Shown in pieces: positions 26,440 through 37,115 of a stretch of DNA of 64,000 nucleotides (its first letter is position 1; every line of letters begins with the position of its first letter). A program made the position numbers and the translations under genes. The stretch comes from a phage. Below the pieces are notes generated by a model. It was not told the DNA's origin and did no database searches. It saw nothing but the letters and a program-made list of their open reading frames with translations. Location: the sequence record PZ379074.1, one strand, 5' to 3'.

Positions 26440-26705
26440 ATGACGTATCATCCGTATCAAGTAAGTAGTTGTTTTCAAAAGAATCTTACGGATGATACGG
26501 ATGATACGCGTTGCCGCGATACTTTATAAGAGTTTATAAAAAAATAAAATTATATATCTAATTTAATTTTATTTTTTTATAAACTCTTATATATGAAAAG
26601 TATCCGTATCATCCGTATCATCCGTAGCACACCAGTGATAGCGCGGCTTATACACCGATACGGATAAAAATACACCTCATTTTATCCGTATCATCCGTAT
26701 CACAC
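26440..26705. repeat. iteron-like repeat cluster (TACGGATGATACG / CGTATCATCCGTA, tandem 9-mers) flanking a palindromic AT-rich element
   Basis: Copies at about 26444-26456, 26487-26507 (tandem), 26605-26627 (tandem), 26686-26700; same motif as 10440-10800. Confidence 0.7.
26526..26590. repeat. perfect 26-bp inverted repeat with 13-bp spacer, AT-rich
   Basis: ATAAGAGTTTATAAAAAAATAAAATT (26526-26551) exactly complementary to AATTTTATTTTTTTATAAACTCTTAT (26565-26590). Confidence 0.85.
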
Positions 26706-26811
26706 TAATTAAGGCGCGGCTATATCGGTTGTTATACATATTCAAACCATAATTATTGTTTGCCTAAGTTTTTTTCATTAGATATAATACACAATACTTA
26801 TTTGAGGGTGG

Positions 26812-28230
26812 ATGCGAATGCAAACGGCACGCGAAATTGACAAAAATGGATTCTTGACGATTGTGGGTTGTCCCATTTCGTCATTTGGCATTTTTGATTA
26901 TTCTGCAGGTCAGGTTGGACTTGATGGTGATCCGAATCGCATCGTAAAAGTTTATCGCCCAGAGTCAGCGGTGAAAGACCCCGAAGCGATAGATTCATTC
27001 AAAAATATCCCTTTCATCGACAATCACGAAATGCTTTCTGGATTCGAAGGTGATGAGGATAACACAGCACCCGAAGAGTATGGCGTTGATGGCGTTCTAA
27101 CTGGCAATGTTTATTATGACAAGCCATGGATGCGCGGCGACCTTAAAGTTTTTAGCCGTCGTCTGAAGAAAGCCATCGATTCTGGAAAGGTTGACTTGTC
27201 TTTGGGCTATGACTGTGAATTCATCATACAGTCTGGAGAGTTTGACGGGCAGCCGTATGAAGTGGTACAGACAACTCTTCGCGGCAACCACATTGCTCTC
27301 GTGGACGTTGGTCGAGTACCAGGTGCACGGGTGCTGGATGGTCGTTGCTTTGACCATCTTTGTTTGACGACTGTAACACCATCCAACGAGGATTTAGACA
27401 TGCCAAAACCGTTAAAAGGTAAAGCGCGTGATAATGCTGTTGAACAGCTGAAATCACTGATCCCTGCGCTCGAACAATTTCTGAATGAAGAGAGCACCGA
27501 AGCTGCTCATCAGGACGAAGTTGAAGTGAAAGCAGAAGAGAAGGATTCAACCGAAGAACGTGAAGAAGTGATGGTTGATCCAGAAGTTAAAGCAGAAGCT
27601 GAAGAGACTCCAGAAGGTGAAGAGAAGTTTGAAGTTGAAACTGAATCTCACGCTGGCGGCGAGCTTCCGCAACTGATCAGCCAAATCGAAGCACTTATTG
27701 CAAAACTGAAAGGTGGCGCGGTAGGTGATGAAGAAGAAGTTGAAGCCGAAGTCAAAGACGAAGAAGTTGAAGTCAAGGCTGAAGATGTATCACCTTGCGA
27801 CAAAGCTGAAGATGTGGTTAGCGGCCTGCAAAACAGCAACGTAAAGGGGGCTTCGGTCGAAAAAGATGACAAACCGACAAAAGCGGCGAAAGCGTCGCCA
27901 GGTCCAGCAAAAGGGGAACACTCAATGGCATCTGATTCAGCAGTTGCTGCTTTCTACGCTGATTCTGCTCGTAAGAATAGCCTCTACCAGCGCCTGTCTA
28001 AAGTTGTTGGTGCCTTTGATCATGCAACTATGGACTCCAAGTCCGTAGCGAAATATGGCGCTAAAAAGTTAGGCTTGAAGTGCGTTGATGGTGCTGAGTT
28101 TGACGTGGTGGATAATTATCTGCGCGGCGTTGAACACGGTCAAAAACAGCGTGTAGTCGCAAAACAAAAGGCCGCTGCGGATTCTGCAGCAACTGACGAA
28201 GCATTTGAAGCTTGGTTGAAAGGGGAATAA
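26812..28230 (+). CDS. prohead protease/scaffolding-like protein (acidic coiled-coil middle region)
   Basis: 472 aa; Glu/Lys/Val-rich acidic repeat region; position between portal/MuF and capsid. Confidence 0.5.
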   Translation: MRMQTAREIDKNGFLTIVGCPISSFGIFDYSAGQVGLDGDPNRIVKVYRPESAVKDPEAIDSFKNIPFIDNHEMLSGFEGDEDNTAPEEYGVDGVLTGNVYYDKPWMRGDLKVFSRRLKKAIDSGKVDLSLGYDCEFIIQSGEFDGQPYEVVQTTLRGNHIALVDVGRVPGARVLDGRCFDHLCLTTVTPSNEDLDMPKPLKGKARDNAVEQLKSLIPALEQFLNEESTEAAHQDEVEVKAEEKDSTEEREEVMVDPEVKAEAEETPEGEEKFEVETESHAGGELPQLISQIEALIAKLKGGAVGDEEEVEAEVKDEEVEVKAEDVSPCDKAEDVVSGLQNSNVKGASVEKDDKPTKAAKASPGPAKGEHSMASDSAVAAFYADSARKNSLYQRLSKVVGAFDHATMDSKSVAKYGAKKLGLKCVDGAEFDVVDNYLRGVEHGQKQRVVAKQKAAADSAATDEAFEAWLKGE

Positions 28231-28232
28231 AT

Positions 28233-28850
28233 ATGACTTTCCAAACTAGTGTAGGCCGTCAATATACAACTGGCTTTCCTGGCGACATCGTTCGCGACGG
28301 CCCACAGCGTGGGAAGCCAGGCCGAATTGCCAACGCCAACGAAGGCGCAAACGTAAACGCCATCAGCCGTGTGTTTGGTTTTAAAGCTGACGTATCTTTA
28401 ATGGGTACTGGCCAAACCAAAACCTTGGGAGCGCAGGACTTTGAAGTTGAACTGGGCGGCACCAATTACTACGGCATCCTTGGCAACAGCAAGCGTTACG
28501 CGCTGTATGGCAACTCTACTGGTCCTTTGGGTGCCAGCATGGTTCTGCCTCAATATAGCGAAGGCGAGTTTTACGATATGTGCACAGGCCTCGTAGTTGA
28601 AGTATTCAACCCTGGCACCAGTCCGCAGACGCTGAACTACGGCGACCTGCTTGCTTATGTACCTAAAGGCATTTCCGGCGCGAACAACCCGAATAACTTG
28701 CCTATCGGTGCAATTATCGCCTATACTGGCTCACTGCCAACTGGCATGGTTGCCATCCCAGGCGGTATTGTGATTGACCCGACTGCTATTGCCCTTTCCG
28801 GCCCAAGCGTCCAGTCTTCCACTTATACCATTGTACAATTGACTCGTTAA
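28233..28850 (+). CDS. head-associated structural protein (205 aa)
   Basis: Start set at ATG 28233; Gly/Thr/Asn-rich; sits between scaffold-like gene and capsid gene. Confidence 0.45.
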   Translation: MTFQTSVGRQYTTGFPGDIVRDGPQRGKPGRIANANEGANVNAISRVFGFKADVSLMGTGQTKTLGAQDFEVELGGTNYYGILGNSKRYALYGNSTGPLGASMVLPQYSEGEFYDMCTGLVVEVFNPGTSPQTLNYGDLLAYVPKGISGANNPNNLPIGAIIAYTGSLPTGMVAIPGGIVIDPTAIALSGPSVQSSTYTIVQLTR

Positions 28851-28864
28851 TAGGCAGGTGAATA

Positions 28865-30004
28865 ATGACTCGCATTAGCCAAACACACTCTCGCCTCCCA
28901 GCGAGCAAGGTGCGCCCTTTTGATATGCAATCCGTGACCGACGCGGCTGTTTCCCAGCTTGCTCGTATCGGTATTGTGTTTGATTCCGCGATTGTGCGTG
29001 ATCAGATTGAGCACTTAAACCGTGCAGGCGCTTTCCGCGTAGGTGACGCCGCGTTTACTGCACCGCAGACCACGCCATCAATCCCGACTCCGCTGCAGTT
29101 CCTGCAACAGTGGTTGCCTGGCTTCGTCAAAATCATGACCGCTGCTCGTAAAATTGACGAGCTGGTTGGTATTGACACCGTTGGTCAGTGGGAAGATGCA
29201 GAAATCGTTCAGGGCATCGTTGAACCAGCTGGCACCGCAGTTGAATATGGTGATTTCACCGCTATTCCTCTGGCAAGCTGGAACGTAAACTTTGAGCGAC
29301 GCTCCATCGTTCGCGGTGAAATGGGCATGGCAGTCGGCATGCTGGAAGAAGGTCGCGCGTCTGCGATGCGTCTGAACTCCGCAGAGACCAAGCGCCAGCA
29401 GGCTGCTGTATCTCTGGAAATCATGCGTAACGCAATCGGCTTCTATGGCTGGTACAACGGGAACAACCGCACGTTCGGCTTCCTGAATGATCCAAACCTG
29501 CCAGCGGCGATGACTTCAAACACCACTTCCGGCTGGGCTACTGCGACCTTCCAACAGGTGACTGCAGACATCCGTTTGATGGTTCGTCAAATCCGTGTCA
29601 ACTCTCAGGACCAGATTGATCCAGAGAAGGTTGATATGACTCTGGCGCTGCCGACCAACTCTATTGATTGGCTGTCAAACACCACCGACTTCGGTATTTC
29701 TGTACGTGACTGGATCACCCAAACTTATCCGAAGATGAAGATCAAATCTGCACCGGAACTCAACGGCGCACTTGGCAGTGACCCGACTTTCCTGAACGTG
29801 GCATATCTGTACGCTGATCACATCGATTCTTCAATTGATGGCTCAAGCGACGATGGTTCCGTATTCAGCCAGCTGGTTCAGACTAAGTTCATGACTCTGG
29901 GCGTTGAGAAACGCGCTAAGAGCTACGTTGAAGACTACGCAAACGCAACAGCAGGCGTTCTGCTCAAGCGTCCTTTCGCAGTCGTCCGTATGACTGGAAT
30001 CTAA
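28865..30004 (+). CDS. major capsid protein (putative)
   Basis: 379 aa; position after scaffold; high-expression-type codons; followed by hairpin. Confidence 0.6.
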   Translation: MTRISQTHSRLPASKVRPFDMQSVTDAAVSQLARIGIVFDSAIVRDQIEHLNRAGAFRVGDAAFTAPQTTPSIPTPLQFLQQWLPGFVKIMTAARKIDELVGIDTVGQWEDAEIVQGIVEPAGTAVEYGDFTAIPLASWNVNFERRSIVRGEMGMAVGMLEEGRASAMRLNSAETKRQQAAVSLEIMRNAIGFYGWYNGNNRTFGFLNDPNLPAAMTSNTTSGWATATFQQVTADIRLMVRQIRVNSQDQIDPEKVDMTLALPTNSIDWLSNTTDFGISVRDWITQTYPKMKIKSAPELNGALGSDPTFLNVAYLYADHIDSSIDGSSDDGSVFSQLVQTKFMTLGVEKRAKSYVEDYANATAGVLLKRPFAVVRMTGI

Positions 30005-30030
30005 TTGCTGTGATTACACAGTAAAACACA

Positions 30031-30059
30031 TGGGGCGTGGTCGAAAGGCTTCGCCCCAT
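30031..30059 (+). terminator. hairpin downstream of capsid gene (weak terminator or attenuator)
   Basis: TGGGGCG-(loop)-CGCCCCA inverted repeat; no clear U-tract. Confidence 0.35.
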
Positions 30060-30119
30060 ATCAATAGACCTCAAGGGCTGTAGGGGCTTATCTGAGGCTT
30101 ATATAAATAGGACTACAAA

Positions 30120-30584
30120 ATGCCAAAATACATCGTTTCAACTATGTCTATGTCAGTCAACTACACTTTCTATACGGAAGTGAAAGAAAACCCGAATGCA
30201 AAAGCTGGTTCAGGCGCTCTTCCAAATATTCGCAAACAGATTCTGATCAAGGGCGGTGCTGGTCTTACTTCGGCAACTTCCGGCTTTGGTGAAATGGCAA
30301 AAGGCGCTGATGGTGCACCTTTGTGGACTCCTGAAGGAATCGTCACCGTTGTAAGCGATGCTGATTTTGAACATTTAAAAGATCATCACGTATTCAAGCA
30401 GCACCTTGAAAAAGGTCTGGTTAAAGTGGTTAACCACGACATCGTTGGCAATCATAAAGCTGTCGCTAAAGAAGTGCGCGGCATGTCAGATGACCCGTTC
30501 GCACCTATGACGCGTGAGACGGCTGACAAGCGCATCAAGGTTAAATTGAGCGGCGAACAAGAAGATGATTTGTTCCGCGTTTAA
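30120..30584 (+). CDS. hypothetical virion protein (154 aa)
   Basis: ORF in structural module. Confidence 0.5.
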   Translation: MPKYIVSTMSMSVNYTFYTEVKENPNAKAGSGALPNIRKQILIKGGAGLTSATSGFGEMAKGADGAPLWTPEGIVTVVSDADFEHLKDHHVFKQHLEKGLVKVVNHDIVGNHKAVAKEVRGMSDDPFAPMTRETADKRIKVKLSGEQEDDLFRV

Positions 30585-30589
30585 ATAAG

Positions 30590-31054
30590 GTGAATGCCAT
30601 GCCATTAGATTACGAAAAGTTCAGAATAAAATTTCCACAGTTTGCTGATCAGGTAAAATTCCCTGACACAACGCTTCAAGTATTCTATGACATGGCATGT
30701 GAATTTATTGAATCACAAGACAGTCCTTGTCGTGTTTTAAATGGCAGTAAATTGGAGCTGGCATTGGAATATATGACGGCTCATCTTTTATGCATAGCCA
30801 CAGACCAACAGGTGTCTGTGTCTTCTGGAGACGGAGTTGAACAAGGCGGCTTCGTGACTGGCGCAACAATCGGTGACATCACCGTGAATAAGGTAGCGCC
30901 GCCTGCGAGTGATGGTTGGGAATACTGGCTTTCAAGCACTCCTTATGGCATGGCGCTTTGGGCGCTTCTGCAAGCACTAGCTGTCGGCGGCTTGTCGTTT
31001 GGCGGTCTTCCAGAGCGCGAAGGATTCCGTAAAATTGGTGGGGTATTCTGGTGA
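30590..31054 (+). CDS. hypothetical head-tail joining protein (154 aa)
   Basis: ORF in structural module between capsid and tail genes. Confidence 0.45.
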   Translation: MNAMPLDYEKFRIKFPQFADQVKFPDTTLQVFYDMACEFIESQDSPCRVLNGSKLELALEYMTAHLLCIATDQQVSVSSGDGVEQGGFVTGATIGDITVNKVAPPASDGWEYWLSSTPYGMALWALLQALAVGGLSFGGLPEREGFRKIGGVFW

Positions 31055-31437
31055 GGATTCCTGGCGTAAACTTATATCGAGTTGCGACAAAGGTCATCGG
31101 TCGACAACCGATTCAATATTACATGTACAAGGGGCGCGCTCTTGATAAAATGCGCAACTACGTTACCACTTATGAAGAACCAATCACCCTGCTTGCTTCG
31201 GTGCAGGCGGTACTTCGAAATCAATACGTTGAGCTTGGATTAGAGCTTCAAAAGAACTATGTCAAAATCTGGGTAGACAAAGACATTGTTGACCTCGACC
31301 GCGACGCTTCCGGCGACTATTTTGTGTTTGGTGGGAAAACGTATAAGATGGAAGATGAAACGACATGGTTTGACCAAGATGGTTGGACGTCTTGCCTTGC
31401 CGTGGAAGTAAAACAAAGCTTTCCAGTGTCTACTTGA
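31051..31437 (+). CDS. hypothetical structural protein (128 aa)
   Basis: Overlapping start/stop with neighbours. Confidence 0.5.
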   Translation: MRIPGVNLYRVATKVIGRQPIQYYMYKGRALDKMRNYVTTYEEPITLLASVQAVLRNQYVELGLELQKNYVKIWVDKDIVDLDRDASGDYFVFGGKTYKMEDETTWFDQDGWTSCLAVEVKQSFPVST

Positions 31438-31438
31438 G

Positions 31439-32020
31439 GTGTATATGACAGATGTCGACCTGATTGACATGCTGGCAACGCGAATTGAAGAAGGTCTGGC
31501 GGCGTATAGTCGTGCAGACCTTTCTGCTGTTCCGGTCCAGAAAAAGTATCAACCGACTCAACAGGGTATTCCGACTGGTGACCAAATTTGGTTTAACCTT
31601 TTATTCTCAGTTCCGTTTGGATGGTCCATGAGGAAAAGTGAATTTGTCAATGATGAGTCTCAATTTGTAAACGGAAAATTTAAAGATATTGAAGATCAGA
31701 TATACGCAACACGTTTTCAAATCAGCGGCTTATTCCCAGAAGTTCCTGGCAATCCAGAAAAGCCTACTGCTAATGACGTGTTGACTTATTTGGCAAGATT
31801 CATAACTCATAAAGCTAATCTGAGAGATTGGTTTAAAAAGCACCAAGCTTCAGTATATCGAATCGACATGAATAATAATGAAAAGTTTTATGATGACATG
31901 TCTCAATTCGAATCATTCCCTTCTTTTGATTTGGTAATACTTCACAGAAACGCAATTTCAATTGATACTCCTGCAGTGGCAAGAGCTGTTAATAATGATT
32001 TGGGTGACGTTCCGGTGTAA
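31439..32020 (+). CDS. hypothetical structural protein (193 aa)
   Basis: ORF in structural module. Confidence 0.5.
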   Translation: MYMTDVDLIDMLATRIEEGLAAYSRADLSAVPVQKKYQPTQQGIPTGDQIWFNLLFSVPFGWSMRKSEFVNDESQFVNGKFKDIEDQIYATRFQISGLFPEVPGNPEKPTANDVLTYLARFITHKANLRDWFKKHQASVYRIDMNNNEKFYDDMSQFESFPSFDLVILHRNAISIDTPAVARAVNNDLGDVPV

Positions 32021-32021
32021 T

Positions 32022-32507
32022 ATGACAAAATCAAAAATGATAGAAAAACAAATTAAGGCGCTTCAATCTATGAAGGGTCTTACTGTTGAAGCAGGATGGT
32101 TTGATTCCACCAGATACCCTTCAGAAACTGGTGGAGAAGGCATACTGGTGTCAGAAGTCGCGCGACTTAACGAATTTGGTCACATAGCCGTTTTGAACTT
32201 TGGACAAGGCCCAGTCAGGGTGGAAGTGCCACCCAGACCATTCATGAGATATGCCTATGAATTATTCGTTAGTGAGCGCAGTGAAATAGAGAATAAAATT
32301 GCTAAAAAGATTTTTTCCGGTAAAATAGACGCTAGACAGGCATTGGGTCAAATTGGGCTTGCGATGGAAGCAAAGATTGTCGAATCAATTAAAAACGGAC
32401 CGTGGCAACCAAACGCCAGATATACTGTACGTGTGAAGGGATTCGACAAGCCTTTGATTCACACCAGCCTCATGTGGCAATCTGTCAGCAGCCAAGTCAT
32501 TAAATAA
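32022..32507 (+). CDS. hypothetical structural protein (161 aa)
   Basis: Start set at ATG 32022 after upstream stop (track ORF 31962..32507). Confidence 0.45.
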   Translation: MTKSKMIEKQIKALQSMKGLTVEAGWFDSTRYPSETGGEGILVSEVARLNEFGHIAVLNFGQGPVRVEVPPRPFMRYAYELFVSERSEIENKIAKKIFSGKIDARQALGQIGLAMEAKIVESIKNGPWQPNARYTVRVKGFDKPLIHTSLMWQSVSSQVIK

Positions 32508-32519
32508 GAGGACACCGAC

Positions 32520-34058
32520 GTGATCAGTCAATCTCGTTATATTAAAATTGTATCAGGGGTCGGAGCAGGCGCGGCTGTTGCAGTTCGCAAACTGTCTCTT
32601 CGCGTCATGACTTCTAATACAGTTCTGCCGCCTGGCATTGTAGCAGAATTTTCAACGGCTGATGCTGTTGGATCATATTTCGGTTATTCTTCCGAAGAAT
32701 ATAAGCGCGCAGCATTATATTTTGGATTCATCAGCAAGCAAATTAACTCACCTGATTCAATCAGCTTCTCGCGTATTGTTTCAACTGCGATTCCAGCAAT
32801 GGTCATCGGTGATACTGAGCCTAAAGTGCTTGCCACGTTTCAAGCATTCACTGGCGCTATCTTAAGCATCACTTATGATGGCACAGACTACCTGACTGAC
32901 GCAATTAACCTTTCAGCGGCAACAAGCCTGGCAAATGTGGCTGAACTTCTGGAAACGGCAATCAATACTAAATTCGCAGCAGAAGGTGGCACGTCGGTGC
33001 CTGCACTTGCTGATGCAGAAGTGTATTGGAACGCTAATACTCAGCAGTTCACGCTGGAAGCAGCGCCGTCGACCGCTGGTGCAGGCAATCTGTCTATCAA
33101 CGTCACAGGCCAGCCGACCGACCCGTCTCAGGCATTGGGTTGGACCACCACTGGCACCGTAACCGTTGCAGGCCAGGGCGTTTCAAGTCCGGTAGAAGCC
33201 ATCGCGGCATCTGTGGAAATCTCCAACAACTTTGGCTCATTCCTTTTTGCTGGGGCTGACCGAACTCTGGAAGAAATTACCGCTGTGGCAGCGTGGACTC
33301 ATTCGCAGAATAACATGTACATGTATTTATTCTCGACTTCGTTCGCTAATATCGGGTCATACTACACCGCTCTGAAAGGGTACTCAGGCGTTGGCATGAT
33401 GATTCGCGCAACTAACCTTGCCAACGATTACATCGACCAAGCACCTGCTGAAATCCTCGCGGCAACAAACTATAATACTGTGAATGCGACTCAAAACTAC
33501 ATGTATTATCAGTTTGATACTCGCAACGTGACTGTTTCAACTGACTCTCGCGCAGATACTGCTGATCAAAACCGTGCGAACTACATCGGTGCTACTCAGC
33601 AGGCCGGACAAACCTTGGCATTCTTCCAGCGCGGCGTATTGATGGGCGGGTCAACAGCAGCAGTTGATATGAACACTTATGCCAACGAAATGTGGCTCAA
33701 GTCTGCTATCACATCCCAGCTTTTCAGTATGTTCTTGAATCTGGGCCGTGTCCCTGCTAACGAAGAAGGGAAGGCGACTGTACAAGCCATGATTCAGGTT
33801 GCTGTGGATAACGCGAAGGTTAACGGCACCATCTCTGTTGGCAAGGCGCTGACTGAGATTCAGAAACAATACATCACGCAAACTTCCGGTGACAACACTG
33901 CTTGGCGGCAGGTTGAAACTATCGGTTACTGGCTGACTGTAGATTTTGATACTGAAACCACTTCCGATGGGCGCACCGAATACTATGCAACATACACGCT
34001 AATCTACTCTAAAGATGATGCTGTGCGTCGCGTTGAAGGTCGTGACGTTCTTATCTAA
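32520..34058 (+). CDS. tail sheath protein (putative)
   Basis: 512 aa; GTG start; position before duplicated tube-like genes and tape measure. Confidence 0.5.
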   Translation: MISQSRYIKIVSGVGAGAAVAVRKLSLRVMTSNTVLPPGIVAEFSTADAVGSYFGYSSEEYKRAALYFGFISKQINSPDSISFSRIVSTAIPAMVIGDTEPKVLATFQAFTGAILSITYDGTDYLTDAINLSAATSLANVAELLETAINTKFAAEGGTSVPALADAEVYWNANTQQFTLEAAPSTAGAGNLSINVTGQPTDPSQALGWTTTGTVTVAGQGVSSPVEAIAASVEISNNFGSFLFAGADRTLEEITAVAAWTHSQNNMYMYLFSTSFANIGSYYTALKGYSGVGMMIRATNLANDYIDQAPAEILAATNYNTVNATQNYMYYQFDTRNVTVSTDSRADTADQNRANYIGATQQAGQTLAFFQRGVLMGGSTAAVDMNTYANEMWLKSAITSQLFSMFLNLGRVPANEEGKATVQAMIQVAVDNAKVNGTISVGKALTEIQKQYITQTSGDNTAWRQVETIGYWLTVDFDTETTSDGRTEYYATYTLIYSKDDAVRRVEGRDVLI

Positions 34059-34105
34059 ATAATTGCCGCCGTAACTGGCGGCCATCTCTCTGAGAGGAAT
34101 CTGTA

Positions 34106-34573
34106 ATGATTAACGTTTCCGGTTTTGGCGCTTCGATTCGTTTAGTGGCATCAAACACTTTTCCAAATGGTGTAACTCTTTCTGATTTCGCAGATGATGC
34201 TGATCCGATTGACGCGCCTGATCTTCAAATCTCTGAAGCCGCAATGGGGCTTAACGGTGACCTGGTAGTCTGGAACCGTGCCAACCCTCTTGAAGTAGGC
34301 GTCAACATCATCCCTACTTCTGAAAGCGATGTAAACTTAGATGTTCTGGCAGCGGCTAACCGTGTAGGCAAGCGCAAGAACTCTGCGAAAGACGTGATCA
34401 CCCTTATTCTGACCTACCCTTCTGGCATGGTCATCACACTGAACAAGGGAACTTTGACGACTGGTTCAGTGATTCCTGGCATCCAGTCTCAGGGTCGTGT
34501 AAAAACACGTCAATATCGCTTTAAGTTTGAGAACGTAGTCAAAACTGGCGTGAGCAACCAAGAGATTTTATAA
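34106..34573 (+). CDS. tail tube-like protein, paralog 1
   Basis: N-terminus MINVSGFGASIRLVAS and overall pattern homologous to 35524..36021. Confidence 0.5.
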   Translation: MINVSGFGASIRLVASNTFPNGVTLSDFADDADPIDAPDLQISEAAMGLNGDLVVWNRANPLEVGVNIIPTSESDVNLDVLAAANRVGKRKNSAKDVITLILTYPSGMVITLNKGTLTTGSVIPGIQSQGRVKTRQYRFKFENVVKTGVSNQEIL

Positions 34574-34902
34574 TGTATCAAATACCACTTGACAGCGTAC
34601 CTAACCAGAATATCAGCTTTAACGTTGACGGTGCTTATTGGCAGCTGCACATATTCGCCGCAATTGAGCACATGTGCGCAGATGTTTACCGCAATGGCGA
34701 ATTGTTGATTCAGGGGGTACGTTGTTTTGGTGGTATACCAATGGTGCCTTATAAATATCTCATGATTGGGTACGGCAATTTTATTTTTGACAGCACACCC
34801 GATTATGAGAATTTTAACTCTGGCAGCTGTAATTTATATTACATGTCAGAATCTGAGTTGGCTGAATTCCAGAAAACTGCTGAAGCGGAGTTTGCAATTT
34901 GA
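34573..34902 (+). CDS. hypothetical tail protein (109 aa)
   Basis: Start abuts upstream stop. Confidence 0.5.
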   Translation: MYQIPLDSVPNQNISFNVDGAYWQLHIFAAIEHMCADVYRNGELLIQGVRCFGGIPMVPYKYLMIGYGNFIFDSTPDYENFNSGSCNLYYMSESELAEFQKTAEAEFAI

Positions 34903-35255
34903 CAACTCTAACGATTGAAGTTAATGATAACAACGACCTGTTTCTGCCTGATGGAAGAAATTTGAATATTCTGTCAGGAGAAAAGGCCATCGTACAAGTT
35001 ATCAAGGCAGCGCATCAAATGCGACTTGGTGAAGACTTGTACGATGTTGAAAACGGAGTCGATTATTTAGGCACTGTTTTCAAATCGCCCGTTGATGAAG
35101 ACGGTGCGAGAAAGTCGATTGCAGATGCTATTCTGAAGAAAGCAGACGTTGCCGGAATCGACTCATTGACTGTCACCATCCAAAACGGTATTCTTGGATT
35201 CACCGCTGAAGTGGTGACTATTTATGGCGAACGTATAAAGGTGAGTAATCAATAA
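34899..35255 (+). CDS. hypothetical tail protein (118 aa)
   Basis: TTG/ATG start overlapping upstream stop. Confidence 0.45.
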   Translation: MTTLTIEVNDNNDLFLPDGRNLNILSGEKAIVQVIKAAHQMRLGEDLYDVENGVDYLGTVFKSPVDEDGARKSIADAILKKADVAGIDSLTVTIQNGILGFTAEVVTIYGERIKVSNQ

Positions 35256-35521
35256 TGGCACAAGTAATTCATTTTGCTAATGGCGTCATGAAATTTGGCG
35301 AAAAATTTGAAGACGCATCGGAATTATTCAAAAAGACTTCAAACCATGTTGCGGAGAAGAAAGCACAGGTTGAAGAGAAGGCAGTGGAATCGAAAGTTGA
35401 TTTTGATTCAATGAGCGTCTCTGAATTGAAGGCTTATGCAAAGGAACATGAGATTGACATCAAAGGTCTTTCTTATAAGGATGAAATTCTTGCAGCAGTT
35501 AAATCTGCATCTGCGGAGTAA
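35255..35521 (+). CDS. hypothetical protein (88 aa)
   Basis: Start abuts upstream stop. Confidence 0.45.
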   Translation: MAQVIHFANGVMKFGEKFEDASELFKKTSNHVAEKKAQVEEKAVESKVDFDSMSVSELKAYAKEHEIDIKGLSYKDEILAAVKSASAE

Positions 35522-35523
35522 AC

Positions 35524-36021
35524 ATGGTCAATATTAGTGGATTTGGCACAAGCATTAGAATTGTCGCTCTCCAATCTTTTCCTGTTGGGCTGAATATCAG
35601 TTCTTTGTCTGATGACCAGGATTCGCTAATTATTGAGGAAGTTGAATCAGTAGGCTATCAACTTACTTATGACGGCGGCATTTGTATTTATGACAAGGCC
35701 GCCGTCGTTCGCGTATCCATTGCAGTGATCCCAAACACTGAAGACGACATAAATCTAAAGCTTTTGCTTTCCGCTCGTAAAGGCGGATTCAAGTGGCTTC
35801 CTATCCAGGATGTCACATCAATGCTTATTACATATCCTGATGGCGGCAGAGTAGCATTTTCGAACGGGACCATCATCAGCGGTCCGCTTGGCGACTCCAT
35901 TGAGCAATCAGGTCGTCGCAAGACAAACAGATACACATTCGTGTTTGCCAGCTACGGCGGCGCACAGAGCACATCGCAAATTGCAAAAGGCGTGGTGCAG
36001 AGCATATTGGGGTCAATTTAA
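35524..36021 (+). CDS. tail tube-like protein, paralog 2
   Basis: N-terminus MVNISGFGTSIRIVAL; paralog of 34106..34573. Confidence 0.5.
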   Translation: MVNISGFGTSIRIVALQSFPVGLNISSLSDDQDSLIIEEVESVGYQLTYDGGICIYDKAAVVRVSIAVIPNTEDDINLKLLLSARKGGFKWLPIQDVTSMLITYPDGGRVAFSNGTIISGPLGDSIEQSGRRKTNRYTFVFASYGGAQSTSQIAKGVVQSILGSI

Positions 36022-36554
36022 TGGCTATCGATTTATTGTCATATAGTCTTTCAAACAGAAGCTTCAAAATAAGAAGCTTCAACCTTGGGGAAGTGTCAAC
36101 GCTTGGTTGGGCTATTGTTAACGTAAAAATAAGACTCCAAGCAAAGATATTCAAAAACCAAAGGGAAGACGGAAGCTATATCGTCGATGGCAGAGTCAAA
36201 ATGCCTAGAATATTGACTGTGACTGTAATAGCACAGACAAAAAGCGCGTCCGACGCAATCACAAAGATGTTGCAGAATAGGTCCACGATATACACAATAA
36301 ATTCTCGTGGGCTAATCTTTGAACGTATGGTGCTGCAAAATAACAATTTCAGCCAAGATGCTGACAATATAACCTCACAACCCATACAACTGGTCTTCCA
36401 TGAGATATTAACACAGCAGGATGTGTCTATTCAAACAGCGCAAGCAGCCGACTCCACTGTCATTGAGCGCGGCATCGCTTATATAAAAGAGACTACTGCC
36501 AGCGTCACTGGCGTTGCAACAAAGGTGATGAATGGCATCAAGGGGATGTTCTGA
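36021..36554 (+). CDS. hypothetical tail protein (177 aa)
   Basis: Start abuts upstream stop. Confidence 0.5.
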   Translation: MAIDLLSYSLSNRSFKIRSFNLGEVSTLGWAIVNVKIRLQAKIFKNQREDGSYIVDGRVKMPRILTVTVIAQTKSASDAITKMLQNRSTIYTINSRGLIFERMVLQNNNFSQDADNITSQPIQLVFHEILTQQDVSIQTAQAADSTVIERGIAYIKETTASVTGVATKVMNGIKGMF

Positions 36555-37114
36555 TGGACTTTGTTTCGATTCTGCTCTCTGGTCAATCTCTGACCATAAC
36601 GAATGAGTCAACAGGGATTCCTGTATGGACAAAGCTTTCTCCAGTGTCTGCAGAAATAACATCACCAGCAGAAACTACTCAATTTCCACTTGCTGGAACG
36701 GCGATGCAGGTGGTGGAAGTATCAAGCACATCCTCAGTAAGCAATTTACAGGCGGCAAAAGTAATAATGCCAGCGCACATGGCGCTAAACGTAATTTGCA
36801 ATGACCAATCGACTATTGAAAACATAATTAATACATTCGACAATGATGAAGTTACATTTTCAATAACTTCTCGAAGCATAATTGCAAGCAAAATGTCGAT
36901 GTCTGATGTCGAAATAACTCAGTCAGAAGAAAACCTGAATGGAGTCTCAATTGTAATAACATTTGAACAGACGTCATTTAGTATTCAGGGAAGCTTTGAC
37001 CCTAAACAGTCCGCAGATGAATCGTCAAATGGCGTGGCTATTAAAGAGCCAGTCAGTTTGACTACAACTGTGAGTTCGTTATATAATAAAATAAAATCAA
37101 CAGTAGGAATATAA
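36554..37114 (+). CDS. hypothetical tail protein (186 aa)
   Basis: Start abuts upstream stop. Confidence 0.5.
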   Translation: MDFVSILLSGQSLTITNESTGIPVWTKLSPVSAEITSPAETTQFPLAGTAMQVVEVSSTSSVSNLQAAKVIMPAHMALNVICNDQSTIENIINTFDNDEVTFSITSRSIIASKMSMSDVEITQSEENLNGVSIVITFEQTSFSIQGSFDPKQSADESSNGVAIKEPVSLTTTVSSLYNKIKSTVGI

Positions 37115-37115
37115 A

